The translations under genes and the position numbers were made by a program. The notes beneath the pieces were generated by a model. The model did not search any database, was not told where the DNA came from, and saw only the letters and a list, made by a program, of their open reading frames with translations. This document shows, in pieces, positions 49,418 to 60,692 of a stretch of DNA of 64,000 nt (the stretch's first letter is position 1; each line of letters opens with the position of its first letter). This DNA comes from Planktothrix tepida (GTDB taxonomy: Bacteria; Cyanobacteriota; Cyanobacteriia; Cyanobacteriales; Microcoleaceae): NCBI RefSeq assembly GCF_904830955.1, contig NZ_LR882970.1. The stretch is one strand, 5' to 3'.

Positions 49418-49590
49418 AAAGATTTTACGAAAGAATCATGGTTTCAGACTTAATTTTGGGCTATAGACACAATAAACCCTTGGAGGGTGTTTTTCACACT
49501 ATACCAGAACCGCGATCATCTCGTCAACTTTTTGAGAAATATTTTTAATAAAATATCAGGATTCCCTGACAATCTTTTAAAAAACAAAAG
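49418..49590 (-). repeat. Copy B (inverted) of the ~170-bp promoter-bearing repeat: -35 TTGACG (rc of 49522-49527), -10 TATAGT (rc of 49498-49503). It is oriented toward the acyl-CoA dehydrogenase-like gene.
   Basis: Manual alignment with 27896-28066. Confidence 0.75.
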
Positions 49591-49659
49591 TATTTTTAGA
49601 AACCTATTAGATAAAGTTAACATAAAAACCCAAAACCCGGTTTTTTCCAGGGAGTGAAG

Positions 49660-50826
49660 TTAGATAAGCTTTGAATTTTTAATTAATAGATTTCCAAACC
49701 AAGGACTAATTAATAAGATCAATAACATTCGGGTCATTTGCATCGCTAATACAATTCCAGAGTCTCCCCCCAGTTGAATTACGGTTGCAATCATAGCTGT
49801 AATTCCTCCCGGTGTGGAACCTAATATAGCAGTCATGGTATCGACTTGGGTGATTTCATGGAAGATATAACCCGCGCCTAAACAAAATAAAATTAATAGT
49901 AGAACTAAAATGATTTCAATTAAAACAGCTTTCCAAAGTGTTTTAGCATTGTTCCAGTCAAACTTTAACCCTATAGAAAACCCCACAAACAATAGCCCAA
50001 TGGTAAAGATTAAAGGGGGCATTTGAATACAATAGGGCAGTATCCAAAATAGAATTAAGCTGACCAAAAAAGGCCCAAAAAACAACGAAGAGGGGAGGCG
50101 AAATTTCTCTCCTAAAACAATCCCTAATCCACCACAACTCGCTAACAGAAAAAAGTTTAAAAGGGGAGGTAATACGGATATATTGGGAGTTGAGATAGAC
50201 AAAACAGAATGAACAGTCCCATCCCCTGCAAACCAGTAACCCACAATGGTGGGAACAATAACAGCTACTAATAAAATTCGTAGATATTGTAACAGGGCAA
50301 CGGCGATCGCATCGGCTCCCATTGCCTCACTCATAGCAATTAAACTGTAACTCGCCCCAGGAACACAACTGAGGAACCCCGTCGCCCGATCAAGATTACC
50401 CCAACGCCCTAATAAATAGCCATTTAAGACACTCATTCCCCCAGTGATCACAATACAGATTATCAGGGGAAAAGCGTAAGTTTTCATTAACCCTAGGGTA
50501 TGCAAGGAAAACCCTGTAGCCGTAGCGATCGCAACAATAGCCTGACCTACGATAAAAAATATCGGGGGTAGGGGCTGGGGTTTTCCTCGAAACACGGCAT
50601 AAAGAATGCCCGCCACCATCGGGCCAATCAGCCATCCCACAGGAAAGTGCAACCCGTTGAATAAATAGCCGACCCCCACAGCCAGCATCAACTGAGGTAA
50701 AAGTTGGACAAGTTGGGACAAAGTTCGAGAGAATTCTTGCCTCAAGTGTGTCAGGGTATTTTGATAGTCTATATTCATCGACGAGAACCGATCACTCGGA
50801 TTAGGATTTAGGCTAAGAAACCGCAA
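49660..50826 (-). CDS. AbrB-duplication family membrane protein (PF05145-like; putative transporter)
   Basis: Two similar polytopic halves; 388 aa. Confidence 0.4.
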   Translation of the reverse strand: MRFLSLNPNPSDRFSSMNIDYQNTLTHLRQEFSRTLSQLVQLLPQLMLAVGVGYLFNGLHFPVGWLIGPMVAGILYAVFRGKPQPLPPIFFIVGQAIVAIATATGFSLHTLGLMKTYAFPLIICIVITGGMSVLNGYLLGRWGNLDRATGFLSCVPGASYSLIAMSEAMGADAIAVALLQYLRILLVAVIVPTIVGYWFAGDGTVHSVLSISTPNISVLPPLLNFFLLASCGGLGIVLGEKFRLPSSLFFGPFLVSLILFWILPYCIQMPPLIFTIGLLFVGFSIGLKFDWNNAKTLWKAVLIEIILVLLLILFCLGAGYIFHEITQVDTMTAILGSTPGGITAMIATVIQLGGDSGIVLAMQMTRMLLILLISPWFGNLLIKNSKLI

Positions 50827-51274
50827 TAGTCTTGAGAGTGGTTAAGGCTTCGTCAACGTGACGCTGAAACTCTAGCATCGAATCAAACAGATGTCGCACC
50901 ACACCGTCTTTATCAATAATGTATGTCACACGACCGGGGAGAATCCACAGTGCGGCTGGAACACCATAGAGTTGACGAACTTTATTTCCAGTATCACTCA
51001 ACAAAATAAACGGAAGATTGTATTTTTTGACAAACTGTTGATGAGATTGGGTACTATCGGAACTAATCCCAATCACTTCTGCACCCGCATCTTTAAAGAC
51101 TTGATAGCTATCTCGAAAGCCACAGGCTTCCGCCGTACAGCCCGGAGTATCATCTTTGGGATAAAAGTAGAGGACAACGGATTTTTTTCCTTGGAAGTCC
51201 TTAAGGCTAACTGATTCGCCCGTTTGCGAAGTCAAGGTGAAATCAGGAGCCATATCTCCGACTTTAACGGCCAT
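50813..51274 (-). CDS. bcp: Peroxiredoxin, Bcp/PrxQ type
   Basis: Thioredoxin-fold peroxidase motif [16 protein letters not shown]. Confidence 0.8.
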   Translation of the reverse strand: MAVKVGDMAPDFTLTSQTGESVSLKDFQGKKSVVLYFYPKDDTPGCTAEACGFRDSYQVFKDAGAEVIGISSDSTQSHQQFVKKYNLPFILLSDTGNKVRQLYGVPAALWILPGRVTYIIDKDGVVRHLFDSMLEFQRHVDEALTTLKTIAVS

Positions 51275-51428
51275 AGTGGTGATAACCCTGTATGATTTGA
51301 TGAAATGTTAACGTTTGTTATGATAGCGCGGAGAGACTAACTCGGCTACCCAAGGAGGATTTTTCAGGGAGAATTTAACAAATTGAGATTCTACGTTAAC
51401 ATTTTAACTCACAATTACCCTTTTTTCC

Positions 51429-52991
51429 ATGAAAACATTATTGATTTATCCTGAATTTCCTCCTACTTTTTGGTCGTATGAAAAAATTCTGGAATTAGTT
51501 AATCGCAAAGTCTTATTACCTCCTTTAGGATTAATTACAGTGGCGGCAATTTTGCCTCAAACTTGGGAATTTAAACTGGTTGATCGCAATATTACCTCTG
51601 TGAGTGAAGCGGATTGGGATTGGGCAGAATTAGTCATTCTTTCAGGAATGATTGTTCAAAAATCCGATTTTATCGCTCAAATTCAAGAAGCGAAAAGACG
51701 AGGAAAATTAGTGGCTGTTGGTGGCCCCTACCCCACGTCTGTTCCCCATGAAATTGAAACCGCCGGAGCAGATTTTCTGATTTTAGATGAAGGGGAAATC
51801 ACCCTTCCGATGTTTGTTGAAGCGATTGAACGGGGGGAAACATCCGGGGTATTTCGTACCCCAGAAAAACCCAGTGTCACCTTAACGCCTATTCCCCGTT
51901 ACGACTTATTAGAATTGGATGCTTATGATTCCATGTCGGTACAGTTTTCACGGGGATGTCCGTTTCAATGTGAATTTTGTGACATTATTGTGCTTTATGG
52001 TCGCAAACCCCGCACCAAAACCCCTGAACAATTATTAAAAGAATTAGATTATCTCTATGAACTGGGATGGCGACGAGGGGTGTTCATGGTGGATGATAAT
52101 TTTATTGGCAATAAACGCAATGTCAAATTATTGTTAAAAGCCTTAAAAATTTGGCAAGCCGAACATCAATATCCCTTCCGGTTTAATACAGAAGCTTCCG
52201 TAGACTTAGCGGATGATGCTGAATTAATGGATTTGATGGTAGAGTGTAATTTTGATGCGGTATTTTTAGGCATTGAAACCCCCGATACCAGTAGCTTAGA
52301 ACTGACTAAAAAATATCAAAATAACCGCAGTCCCTTATTAGAAGCCGTTGATAAAATTATCCGGGCTGGTTTACGTCCGATGGCGGGATTTATTCTAGGG
52401 TTTGATGGCGAAAAACCCGGTGCTGGTTCTCGAATTATTGACTTTGTGGAACAAGCTGCCATTCCAACGGCTTTATTTAGTATGTTACAAGCCTTACCGA
52501 ATACGGCACTATGGACTCGTTTAGAAAAAGAAGGACGGTTAATTAATCCCAAAAAGTTTGATATTAACCAAACCACTTTAATTAACTTTATTCCCACTCG
52601 TCCCGTTGAAGAAATTGCTGAAGAATATATTGAAACCTTTTGGCAACTTTATGATCCTGAACGGTATTTAGAACGCACCTATCGCTGTTTCTTAAAGTTA
52701 GGCGCACCTAAATGTCATCCTCCGGGTAAAATACCGAGTTTTATTGATTTAAAAGCCTTAGCCACTGTGATTTGGCGACAAGGATTTAAACGCAAAACCC
52801 GTTGGAAATTTTGGCAATATTTGTTCAGTATTATCAAACATAATCCCGCCGTTTGGGATCATTATTTAACCTTATGCGCCCATAATGAGCATTTCTTAGA
52901 ATATCGGCAAATTGTCAAAACCGAAATTGAACAACAGTTAGCTGAATATAAAGCTCAAAAAGCTCAACTGCAAACTCAAGTTCCAGCTTAG
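51429..52991 (+). CDS. B12-binding radical SAM protein with DUF4070 C-terminal domain
   Basis: N-terminal cobalamin-binding domain, CxxxCxxC (RGCPFQCEFCD), class-B rSAM architecture. Confidence 0.7.
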   Translation: MKTLLIYPEFPPTFWSYEKILELVNRKVLLPPLGLITVAAILPQTWEFKLVDRNITSVSEADWDWAELVILSGMIVQKSDFIAQIQEAKRRGKLVAVGGPYPTSVPHEIETAGADFLILDEGEITLPMFVEAIERGETSGVFRTPEKPSVTLTPIPRYDLLELDAYDSMSVQFSRGCPFQCEFCDIIVLYGRKPRTKTPEQLLKELDYLYELGWRRGVFMVDDNFIGNKRNVKLLLKALKIWQAEHQYPFRFNTEASVDLADDAELMDLMVECNFDAVFLGIETPDTSSLELTKKYQNNRSPLLEAVDKIIRAGLRPMAGFILGFDGEKPGAGSRIIDFVEQAAIPTALFSMLQALPNTALWTRLEKEGRLINPKKFDINQTTLINFIPTRPVEEIAEEYIETFWQLYDPERYLERTYRCFLKLGAPKCHPPGKIPSFIDLKALATVIWRQGFKRKTRWKFWQYLFSIIKHNPAVWDHYLTLCAHNEHFLEYRQIVKTEIEQQLAEYKAQKAQLQTQVPA

Positions 52992-53282
52992 GAGATTCGG
53001 TAAAATTTAGCTCTAATTTTATTGGGGGTGTGTAAGCTAGACTTATACTCCCCTTCAAACTTGAAAAATTTATTGGAGATAAAACAGGTAATAATAACCG
53101 CTTTTTTGGAAGAATAAGAATTTTTTCATATTTTCTTTAAAATTTATTTATTGTTTTATTAATTTTTTCTGATTTTGCTACATATAGCACCAAAATATTT
53201 CAATCTTATGGTAGGTTTCAGGGGAAAGTTATCTGCCAAAAGGCAGATCTTTTAACTAGGTTGTATTCTAAGAGGTTTAATA

Positions 53283-54029
53283 ATGCCGATCACTAAGCGA
53301 TGTCTTGCCGAGTTTATCGGAACATTTTGGCTCGTTTTTGGAGGGTGTGGATCTGCTGTTTTTGCGGCTCAATTTCCAGACGTAACTAATCCGCTTGGTA
53401 TTGGATTTACCGGGGTTGCCTTTGCGTTTGGTTTAACCGTTTTAACGATGGCCTATGCCATTGGTCATATTTCCGGTTGCCATCTCAACCCTGCGGTTTC
53501 CTTCGGATTATGGGCGGGTAAACGCTTCTCTGGAGGGCAAGAGTTAGCCTTTTATATTGGCTCTCAAGTTGCGGGTGCAATTGTAGCCTCTTTAGTGCTT
53601 TATCTAATCGTGAGTGGCAAAGCGGGATTTGATGCAGCAGCCTTTAAGAGTGGCTCTAACCCCTTTGCAACCAATGGATATGGAGACCATTCTCCCGGCG
53701 GTTACGGGTTATTTTCAGCCCTATTGCATGAATTTGTGTTGACATTTATGTTCTTGATGGTGATTATGGGATCAACCGATCGCCGCGCCCCTCAAGGCTT
53801 TGCCCCCATTGCTATTGGTTTAGGATTAACCTTAATTCACTTAATCGGAATTCCCGTCACCAATGTATCTGTAAATCCAGCCCGTAGCACCGGCCCTGCA
53901 TTGTTTATTGGCGGTTGGGCAATCCAACAATTATGGTTATTTTGGGTCGCACCTATTTTAGGGGGAATAGCAGCAGCTTTAACCTATAACAGTTTATTTG
54001 GTGAATCACCATCTAACCCCGATGTTTAA
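53283..54029 (+). CDS. aqpZ: Aquaporin Z
   Basis: Two NPA boxes (NPAVSFG; NPARS), six TM; 248 aa. Confidence 0.85.
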   Translation: MPITKRCLAEFIGTFWLVFGGCGSAVFAAQFPDVTNPLGIGFTGVAFAFGLTVLTMAYAIGHISGCHLNPAVSFGLWAGKRFSGGQELAFYIGSQVAGAIVASLVLYLIVSGKAGFDAAAFKSGSNPFATNGYGDHSPGGYGLFSALLHEFVLTFMFLMVIMGSTDRRAPQGFAPIAIGLGLTLIHLIGIPVTNVSVNPARSTGPALFIGGWAIQQLWLFWVAPILGGIAAALTYNSLFGESPSNPDV

Positions 54030-54192
54030 GGAATAAAAATTTATACTTTTTCTCGTTTTGTGCCAAAAAAAAGATCAAGTATCTCCTTCTAGGAGCGAGT
54101 ATGGCATGATGGGTATTAACAATCTCATTAATGCAGTATTCGCTCTTAGCAGATCGTTAGAAAAACCCAAAATTTTCGCTAAAATTCCTGGC

Positions 54193-54891
54193 TCAAGATG
54201 AATTTTTGCGAGGGGAGGGAAATTTGAGCAGCAATCTTACTCCAATTGCCCATGCAATAGAAGCTGCCCAACCTGCCAGAATATCGCTAGGATAATGAAC
54301 TCCTAAATATAAGCGTGTCCAGCCAATTGCCAAGACAAATCCCCCTCCAACGGCTAAAACGAACCAGCACCAGCGACTCCCCCAAGTCAAGACCACTAGA
54401 GCCACAACCAGAGTCATACTTGACATGGCATGACCACTGGGAAAGCCATAATCCAATTCGGGAGCCGGAGAGTCCCAAAGGTGAGGACGTACTCGGTGCA
54501 GCAGAACTTTTGTTGTTCGATTGATAATAATACTTCCGAGCAAAGTAATTACTAAATAGGTTAATTGATGCCAGCGACGGTGAAACAGTAGCGTTAACAC
54601 AATAACAGTCGCAACGGGAAAGACCCCCCAAAAAACACCCAACCTAGTCAAGGTTGAAGCGAACCTATCGAGTTGAGGGTTTGCTGTTGAGTGAATCGCT
54701 AGAAGCGTGGGTACATCCCACGAAAAGCCCCCTTCGTTTTCCCAAACTTCCTCAGCTAATTCTCCAAAGATTTGTAACGGAAAAAAGACTCCAACCAACA
54801 AAATTAATAAAGCAACCCGATGAGCAATCAGCGAACGCTTCAAAATCAGGAAAAATGACCGGATATAATTCCAAAAACCGCCATCAAACAT
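54193..54891 (-). CDS. PAP2-family phosphatase (membrane)
   Basis: KxxxxxxRP (…RVRP), PSGH, and SRxxxxxHxxxD-like (GVHYPSD) motifs. Confidence 0.7.
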   Translation of the reverse strand: MFDGGFWNYIRSFFLILKRSLIAHRVALLILLVGVFFPLQIFGELAEEVWENEGGFSWDVPTLLAIHSTANPQLDRFASTLTRLGVFWGVFPVATVIVLTLLFHRRWHQLTYLVITLLGSIIINRTTKVLLHRVRPHLWDSPAPELDYGFPSGHAMSSMTLVVALVVLTWGSRWCWFVLAVGGGFVLAIGWTRLYLGVHYPSDILAGWAASIAWAIGVRLLLKFPSPRKNSS

Positions 54892-54947
54892 GACTGAATC
54901 CCTTAAACAATTGAGAGCACTCGCCTGTCATATCAGAAAAATTTACT

Positions 54948-55856
54948 ATGAACAATAATAAATCTGCCCGTTTCTACACGTTTCTGTCCATTGGAGCAGC
55001 ACTCCTAACCATCGCCCTGAAAACGGGAGCTTACTTACTCACGGGTTCTGTTGGCTTATTATCGGATGCGGCAGAATCCTGTGTGAATTTAGTCGCCGCT
55101 ATTATTGCAACCTGGGCTGTTACTTATGCAGCCAAACCACCCGATGAAAAACATACCTTCGGACATTACAAAGCCGAATATTTTTCCAGTGGAGTTGAAG
55201 GTGCATTAATTCTAGTCGCCGCAGGTAGTATTGCCTTCGCAGCTTGGCAACGCTTGCTTCATCCTCAACCCTTGGAGCAATTGGGAATTGGACTCGGATT
55301 ATCTCTGGTCGCGGCTGCCATCAATGGTGGATTAGCTTTGGTGATGTTGAGAGCGAGTAAGCGATTACGTTCAATTACATTGCGCGCGGATGCTCATCAC
55401 CTGCTTACCGATGTCTGGACTTCCGTAGGGGTTGTATTGGGATTAATTCTAGTCCCCATTACTCAATGGTTGATTCTTGATCCGATTATTGCTTTTATCG
55501 TTGCTGCTAATATCGTTTGGGCGGGTTTCAGGTTACTACACGAGACGGGTTTGGGACTGCTCGACACCGCAATGCCTGTAGCAGAACGTCGCCTGATCAC
55601 AGATATTTTAGCGGGTTACGATGCTCAAGGTGTTCAGTTCCACGCCCTGAGAACACGGGTAGCAGGTTCCCGTCGTTTTGTCTCCCTTCATGTGTTAGTA
55701 CCGGGTGCTTGGACAGTTCAACAGGGACATAATATTTGTGAAGAGATTGAACTGGCCATTGGACGCTCGTTGCCGGGAACTTATGTTTTCACTCACTTAG
55801 AACCGTTGGAAGACCCCATTTCATGGCAAGACCAACAACTAGAGCGAGACCTATAA
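54948..55856 (+). CDS. Cation diffusion facilitator (CDF) family metal efflux transporter
   Basis: 6-TM N-terminal domain with conserved H/D metal site (HHLLTD) + cytoplasmic C-terminal domain. Confidence 0.7.
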   Translation: MNNNKSARFYTFLSIGAALLTIALKTGAYLLTGSVGLLSDAAESCVNLVAAIIATWAVTYAAKPPDEKHTFGHYKAEYFSSGVEGALILVAAGSIAFAAWQRLLHPQPLEQLGIGLGLSLVAAAINGGLALVMLRASKRLRSITLRADAHHLLTDVWTSVGVVLGLILVPITQWLILDPIIAFIVAANIVWAGFRLLHETGLGLLDTAMPVAERRLITDILAGYDAQGVQFHALRTRVAGSRRFVSLHVLVPGAWTVQQGHNICEEIELAIGRSLPGTYVFTHLEPLEDPISWQDQQLERDL

Positions 55857-55917
55857 CTTAACATCCCCGTAAGAGCGATAGGTATGGGTCATTACCTATC
55901 GCTTGTTGATTTAACCT

Positions 55918-57585
55918 TTATTCCTCCTCACCCGATGAAGAATTTTGAACGGAAACAACCGGAGCAATAGAACTGAGTTTTAACTCAGGATGATCCCCTT
56001 CCGCTTGACGACAATTCCAGTCATTTTTAAACAGTAAAACTGGACGATTCCAACTATCTTTAACTACGGCTGCATTAAAAATCCGTCCGACTTGATTTAA
56101 AGCATCCCAACCCCCTGTTACCCAACGAGCCACACTATAAGGTAAGGGATCTAATAAAGTTTCAGCACCGTATTCATTTTGTAATCGAAACTGAACCACT
56201 TCAAATTGCAGTTGACCCACAGCGGCTAAAATCGGGTCACGTTTAGATTCATCGGCGGAAAACATAATTTGTACCGCCCCTTCTTCTCGCAATTCCGAAA
56301 CCCCTTTATGGAATTGTTTAAACTTAGAAGGATTCGGATTTTTTAAATAGGCAAATAATTCCGGGCTGAAACAGGGAATTCCTTCATATTCTAATTTTTT
56401 GCCCATATAAATCGTATCCCCAATGGCAAAAACCCCTGGATTATTTAATCCAATTACATCTCCCGGATAAGCAATTTCAATCGATTGTCGTTCTTGAGCA
56501 AATAATTTTTGGGGACGAGAAAGACGGATCACTTTTCCCGTGCGAGCATGATTAACCGTCATATCTTTTTCAAATTTTCCGGTACAAACGCGCACAAAAG
56601 CCACTCGATCTCGATGCTTGGCATCCATATTCGCTTGGAGTTTAAACACAAAGCCTGTAAACTCATGATATTCCGGTGGCATATCCCCCAAGGTACTGAG
56701 GTGAGAACCGGGTTTTAAGGCATAGTCTAAGAAGGAATCTAAGAATAATTTAACCCCAAAATTAGTCATGGCACTTCCGAAGAAAACCGGGGTCATTTTT
56801 CCCGAATGAATTTCATCAAAATTCAATTCTGAACCGACTTCTTCGAGAAGTTCTAACTCTTCTTTCAACTGATAATATAGATCCTGATCTAAGAATTCCT
56901 CAATCCGGGGATCACCTAAATCTAAAACCGTATCTAACGCTTCTCGACTTCCGTGAGCACTGCGTTCAAATAAATGAATTTGTTTTTTACGCCGATCATA
57001 CACCCCTTTAAAGCGATCACCCATGCCAATTGGCCAATTTACCGGATAGGTTTTTAACCCTAATTCTTTTTCGATTTCATCCAGTAATTCTAAGGGTTCT
57101 CGACCCGGACGATCCATTTTATTAATAAATGTAAAAATAGGCAGACTTCGCATTTTACAAACTTCAAAAAGTTTGCGAGTTTGCGGTTCTAATCCCTTCG
57201 CCGCATCTTCTAACATCACGGCATTATCGGCGGCTGCTAAAGTCCGATAGGTATCTTCACTAAAATCTTGGTGTCCGGGTGTATCTAGCAGATTAATCTG
57301 ACAATTGTTATACTCGAACTGCAAAACTGTTGAGGTAATCGAAATTCCCCGTTGTTGCTCCATTGCCATCCAGTCTGATGTTGCATGACGTTGAGCCTTC
57401 CGTACTTTAACAGCACCTGCTTCATGGATTGCACCTCCGTAGAGGAGTAATTTTTCAGTCAGGGTCGTTTTTCCAGCATCAGGGTGAGAAATAATCGCAA
57501 AGTTACGACGTCGCTCAACCTCCGCTTGAATTTCAGTTTGGATTTCTGTAGTCATACTAAAGCCTAAATCGGGGTTTTGTATCAA
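55918..57585 (-). CDS. prfC: Peptide chain release factor 3
   Basis: GTPase G1 motif [23 protein letters not shown]; RF3-specific C-terminus. Confidence 0.85.
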   Translation of the reverse strand: MIQNPDLGFSMTTEIQTEIQAEVERRRNFAIISHPDAGKTTLTEKLLLYGGAIHEAGAVKVRKAQRHATSDWMAMEQQRGISITSTVLQFEYNNCQINLLDTPGHQDFSEDTYRTLAAADNAVMLEDAAKGLEPQTRKLFEVCKMRSLPIFTFINKMDRPGREPLELLDEIEKELGLKTYPVNWPIGMGDRFKGVYDRRKKQIHLFERSAHGSREALDTVLDLGDPRIEEFLDQDLYYQLKEELELLEEVGSELNFDEIHSGKMTPVFFGSAMTNFGVKLFLDSFLDYALKPGSHLSTLGDMPPEYHEFTGFVFKLQANMDAKHRDRVAFVRVCTGKFEKDMTVNHARTGKVIRLSRPQKLFAQERQSIEIAYPGDVIGLNNPGVFAIGDTIYMGKKLEYEGIPCFSPELFAYLKNPNPSKFKQFHKGVSELREEGAVQIMFSADESKRDPILAAVGQLQFEVVQFRLQNEYGAETLLDPLPYSVARWVTGGWDALNQVGRIFNAAVVKDSWNRPVLLFKNDWNCRQAEGDHPELKLSSIAPVVSVQNSSSGEEE

Positions 57586-57741
57586 ACTTATAATTATAGA
57601 GGCTAAAGGGGATTTTTGCTCTGTGCAGTATAATTCCCCTGTACTGTTGAGGTTATTATCAATTATTAAGGGTCGTTTTCTTTGAGGTCATTATCGATAT
57701 TTTATTCTGCCTTTCTCCTTAAATAAATTTTTTAAACCGTC

Positions 57742-60474
57742 ATGAACTTGACCTGGATAATTTCACAAAAACTGGTTGCAATGGCTTCATGGATGCCTCA
57801 TGGTTCCTGCTACCTTTGGCAATCTCAATTAATGGGGCTTCATCTTGTTTCAGATTTGTTGATTGCGTTGGCTTATTTTTCCATCCCAATTTCATTAATT
57901 TATTTTGTTCGCCAGCGTCAAGATTTACCCTACCCTCAAGTTTTTATCCTATTTAGTGCCTTTATTTTTGCCTGTGGACTCAACCATTTAATGGCGATTT
58001 TTACCCTTTGGTATCCTCTATATTGGTTATCAGGAGGATTGAAGGCAATCACGGCTTTAATTTCAATTTTTACATCTTGTACAATTATTCCTTTAGTTCC
58101 CAAATTATTACAACTTCGCACGCCTAAAGAGCTTGAAGCCATCAACCAAGCGTTAACAACAACCCAACAGCGTTATCAATCTTTAATGCAAGCTTGTCCA
58201 GTGGGTTTGTTTGAAACGGATGTAACGGGACACTGTTTATATGTGAATGAATATGGATGTCGAATTACGGGACAGCAACCTTCAGATGCGTTAAATAGAG
58301 GTTGGGTTGATAGCATTTATGTTGATGATCGAGAACGGTTAATTCAAGAATGGTCAAATGCGATTCAAAATCAACGCCCTTTTTCTTCAGAATATCGTTT
58401 AAACTCATTAGATCAAAGTGGGGTTTGGGTCTTAGGTCAAGCGGTTCCCATCAAAGATCCATCGGGAAAAGTAACGGGATATATTGGTACACTGACTGAT
58501 ATTAATGATCGCAAAAAAGTAGAGGAAGCACTAGAACAATCCCAACAAATGTTAAAGTTAATTATGAATACGATCCCGCAACGGATTTTTTGGAAAGATC
58601 GAAATTCAGTTTATCAAGGGTGCAATTTACAGGTCGCTTTAGATGCGGGGTTTAATTCTCCTCAAGACTTAATTGGAAAAACGGATTATGATTTACCTTG
58701 GACTTTAGCTGAAGTTGAATATTATCGAAAAATTGATCAAGAAGTCATGGCAGCTAATGCCCCCCGTTATCGGATTATCGAAACTTTATTGAATGCCAAT
58801 GGCGAACAATGTTGGATAGAAACTAATAAAATTCCTCTGCATGATCCAGAGGGTAATGTGGTGGGAATTTTAGGAACTTATGAAGATATTACAGAACGAA
58901 AAGTTGCGGAAGAATTATTAGCACAATCGGAAGTTCGGTTCCGACAATTGGCTCAACAGGAAAAATTAATTAATCATTTAGCTAACCAAATTCGTAATTC
59001 TTTAGATTTGAAAACAATTTTAGAAACAACCGTTTTACAAGTTTGGGAGTTAATGAAGGTCGAACACTGCTATTTTTGTTGGTATCGTCGGGAAGAAATG
59101 AATTTTAATTCTGTTTATTCTAATCCGTCTAAACCCTATTTTACTCCGGCTTATTGGGAAATTGTAACGGAAGCTAAAGATCCGGCTTTTGCCCATATTG
59201 TTGGTCGCTATTCTTTAGAAGAAGTTGGGGCTTGGTCACAGCAATATTTGGATTTAAACATAGGACGAATTAATCATGTTGTTAATCTTCCTGATTCTCA
59301 AGAAAAATCCTGTTTACTTCAGTTTGGATTTGTGTCTGTTCTGTCTCTTCCTATTCAAACCCAAATGGGAGAAATTGGGGTTTTAGTCTGTGCTAATCAT
59401 CAGGAACCTCGATGCTGGACTGATTCTGAAGTGGAATTATTACAGGCTGTAACGGCGCAAGTGGCGATCGCAATTAATCAAGCCCAACTTTATAGCCAAA
59501 CCCGTGAAGCAGCCGCGTTAGCAAAAGCTCAAACCTTAGAATTAGAAACAACTTTAAAGAAATTACAACAAACTCAAGCCCATTTAATTCAAACAGAAAA
59601 GATGTCTTCTTTAGGTCAGTTGGTGGCGGGTGTCGCCCATGAAATTAATAATCCGATTAATTTTATTTACGGAAATGTGGATTATGCCACCCAATACATG
59701 GAGGATTTATTAAGTTTAATTGAACTTTATCAACAGCATCATTCTGAACCTGTTCCTGCTATTCAAGAGGTGACGGAAACGGTTGATTTAGATTTTTTAA
59801 AACGGGATTTACCCAAACTCTTAAGTTCGATGAAAGCAGGGGCGAGTCGCATTCAACAAATTGTTTTATCCTTACGCAATTTTTCTCGTTTAGATGAATC
59901 TTCTGTGAAAAAGGTGAATTTGCATGAAGGTTTAGAAAATACATTATTAATTCTCCAAAATCGCTTATCAGAAGCAGGGGGAAAAGAAATGATTCAGGTG
60001 ATAAAAAATTATGGTGATTTACCCTTAGTTGAATGTTATGCAGGTCAAATTAATCAAGTTTTTATGAATTTACTAACGAATGCGATTGATGCGGTTCATG
60101 AGCGCAGACTAGAACGGGATGAGGCTCTTTTTTCTCAATCTTCTCAGGAGGAGATCCCTTGTAATTCCTTAAATTCTTGGCAACCTAGGATTACTATTAC
60201 CACTGAAATCCTTCAAAATGAACAGGTTATTATCCGTATTATTGATAATGGGATGGGAATGACGGAAGCGGTTCAAAATAAATTATTTGATCCCTTCTTT
60301 ACAACAAAACCTGTCGGGAAAGGGACGGGTTTAGGATTAGCTATTAGCTATCAAATTGTTGTGGAAAGACATCACGGTCAATTAAAGTGTTCGTCTCAAG
60401 TTAGAGAAGGCTCAGAGTTTATGATTGAGATTCCGATTCAACAATACAAAAATTTTACGCTTGATCAAAATTAA
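57742..60474 (+). CDS. Multi-sensor histidine kinase: N-terminal ethylene-binding-domain-like 3-TM module + PAS x3 + GAF + HisKA + HATPase
   Basis: TM region SDLLIALAYFSIPISLIYFV…FSAFIFACGLNHLM closely matches plant ETR1 / Synechocystis SynEtr1 ethylene-binding domain, including the Cu-ligand Cys and His. H-box AHEINNPINFIYG. G-boxes. Confidence 0.75.
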   Translation: MNLTWIISQKLVAMASWMPHGSCYLWQSQLMGLHLVSDLLIALAYFSIPISLIYFVRQRQDLPYPQVFILFSAFIFACGLNHLMAIFTLWYPLYWLSGGLKAITALISIFTSCTIIPLVPKLLQLRTPKELEAINQALTTTQQRYQSLMQACPVGLFETDVTGHCLYVNEYGCRITGQQPSDALNRGWVDSIYVDDRERLIQEWSNAIQNQRPFSSEYRLNSLDQSGVWVLGQAVPIKDPSGKVTGYIGTLTDINDRKKVEEALEQSQQMLKLIMNTIPQRIFWKDRNSVYQGCNLQVALDAGFNSPQDLIGKTDYDLPWTLAEVEYYRKIDQEVMAANAPRYRIIETLLNANGEQCWIETNKIPLHDPEGNVVGILGTYEDITERKVAEELLAQSEVRFRQLAQQEKLINHLANQIRNSLDLKTILETTVLQVWELMKVEHCYFCWYRREEMNFNSVYSNPSKPYFTPAYWEIVTEAKDPAFAHIVGRYSLEEVGAWSQQYLDLNIGRINHVVNLPDSQEKSCLLQFGFVSVLSLPIQTQMGEIGVLVCANHQEPRCWTDSEVELLQAVTAQVAIAINQAQLYSQTREAAALAKAQTLELETTLKKLQQTQAHLIQTEKMSSLGQLVAGVAHEINNPINFIYGNVDYATQYMEDLLSLIELYQQHHSEPVPAIQEVTETVDLDFLKRDLPKLLSSMKAGASRIQQIVLSLRNFSRLDESSVKKVNLHEGLENTLLILQNRLSEAGGKEMIQVIKNYGDLPLVECYAGQINQVFMNLLTNAIDAVHERRLERDEALFSQSSQEEIPCNSLNSWQPRITITTEILQNEQVIIRIIDNGMGMTEAVQNKLFDPFFTTKPVGKGTGLGLAISYQIVVERHHGQLKCSSQVREGSEFMIEIPIQQYKNFTLDQN

Positions 60475-60484
60475 TTCCTTTATA

Positions 60485-60563
60485 GGGAACAGGGAACAGG
60501 GAGTTACGAATTACGAATTACGAATTACGAATGGGGAATAGGGAATAGGGAATAGGGAACAGA
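60485..60563. repeat. Composite STRR array: GGGAACA x2, TTACGAA x4, GGGAATA x3, GGGAACA
   Basis: Direct reading. Confidence 0.9.
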
Positions 60564-60692
60564 GATAATACTTCTGGCTGTTTTATGTTAGTTGTAAATG
60601 ATTAAAACCTAATTTTTGATTGCTATATCTCCTTGTAATATTAACATAGCTCAAATCAATTGTAATCAACCTTTTGCTATCATATGATTAAG

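Noticed and set aside
49257-49466. Two small + strand ORFs (69 and 60 aa) between the acyl-CoA DH and AbrB-like genes
   Set aside because: They lie within or adjacent to repeat copy B (promoter/leader) and have no SD or conservation signal. Probably non-coding.
53231-53248. Perfect hairpin atctgcc-aaaa-ggcagat 35 nt upstream of aqpZ
   Set aside because: No U-tract, and the 7-bp stem is too small to call a terminator or riboswitch. It could be a protein-binding palindrome but there is no support.
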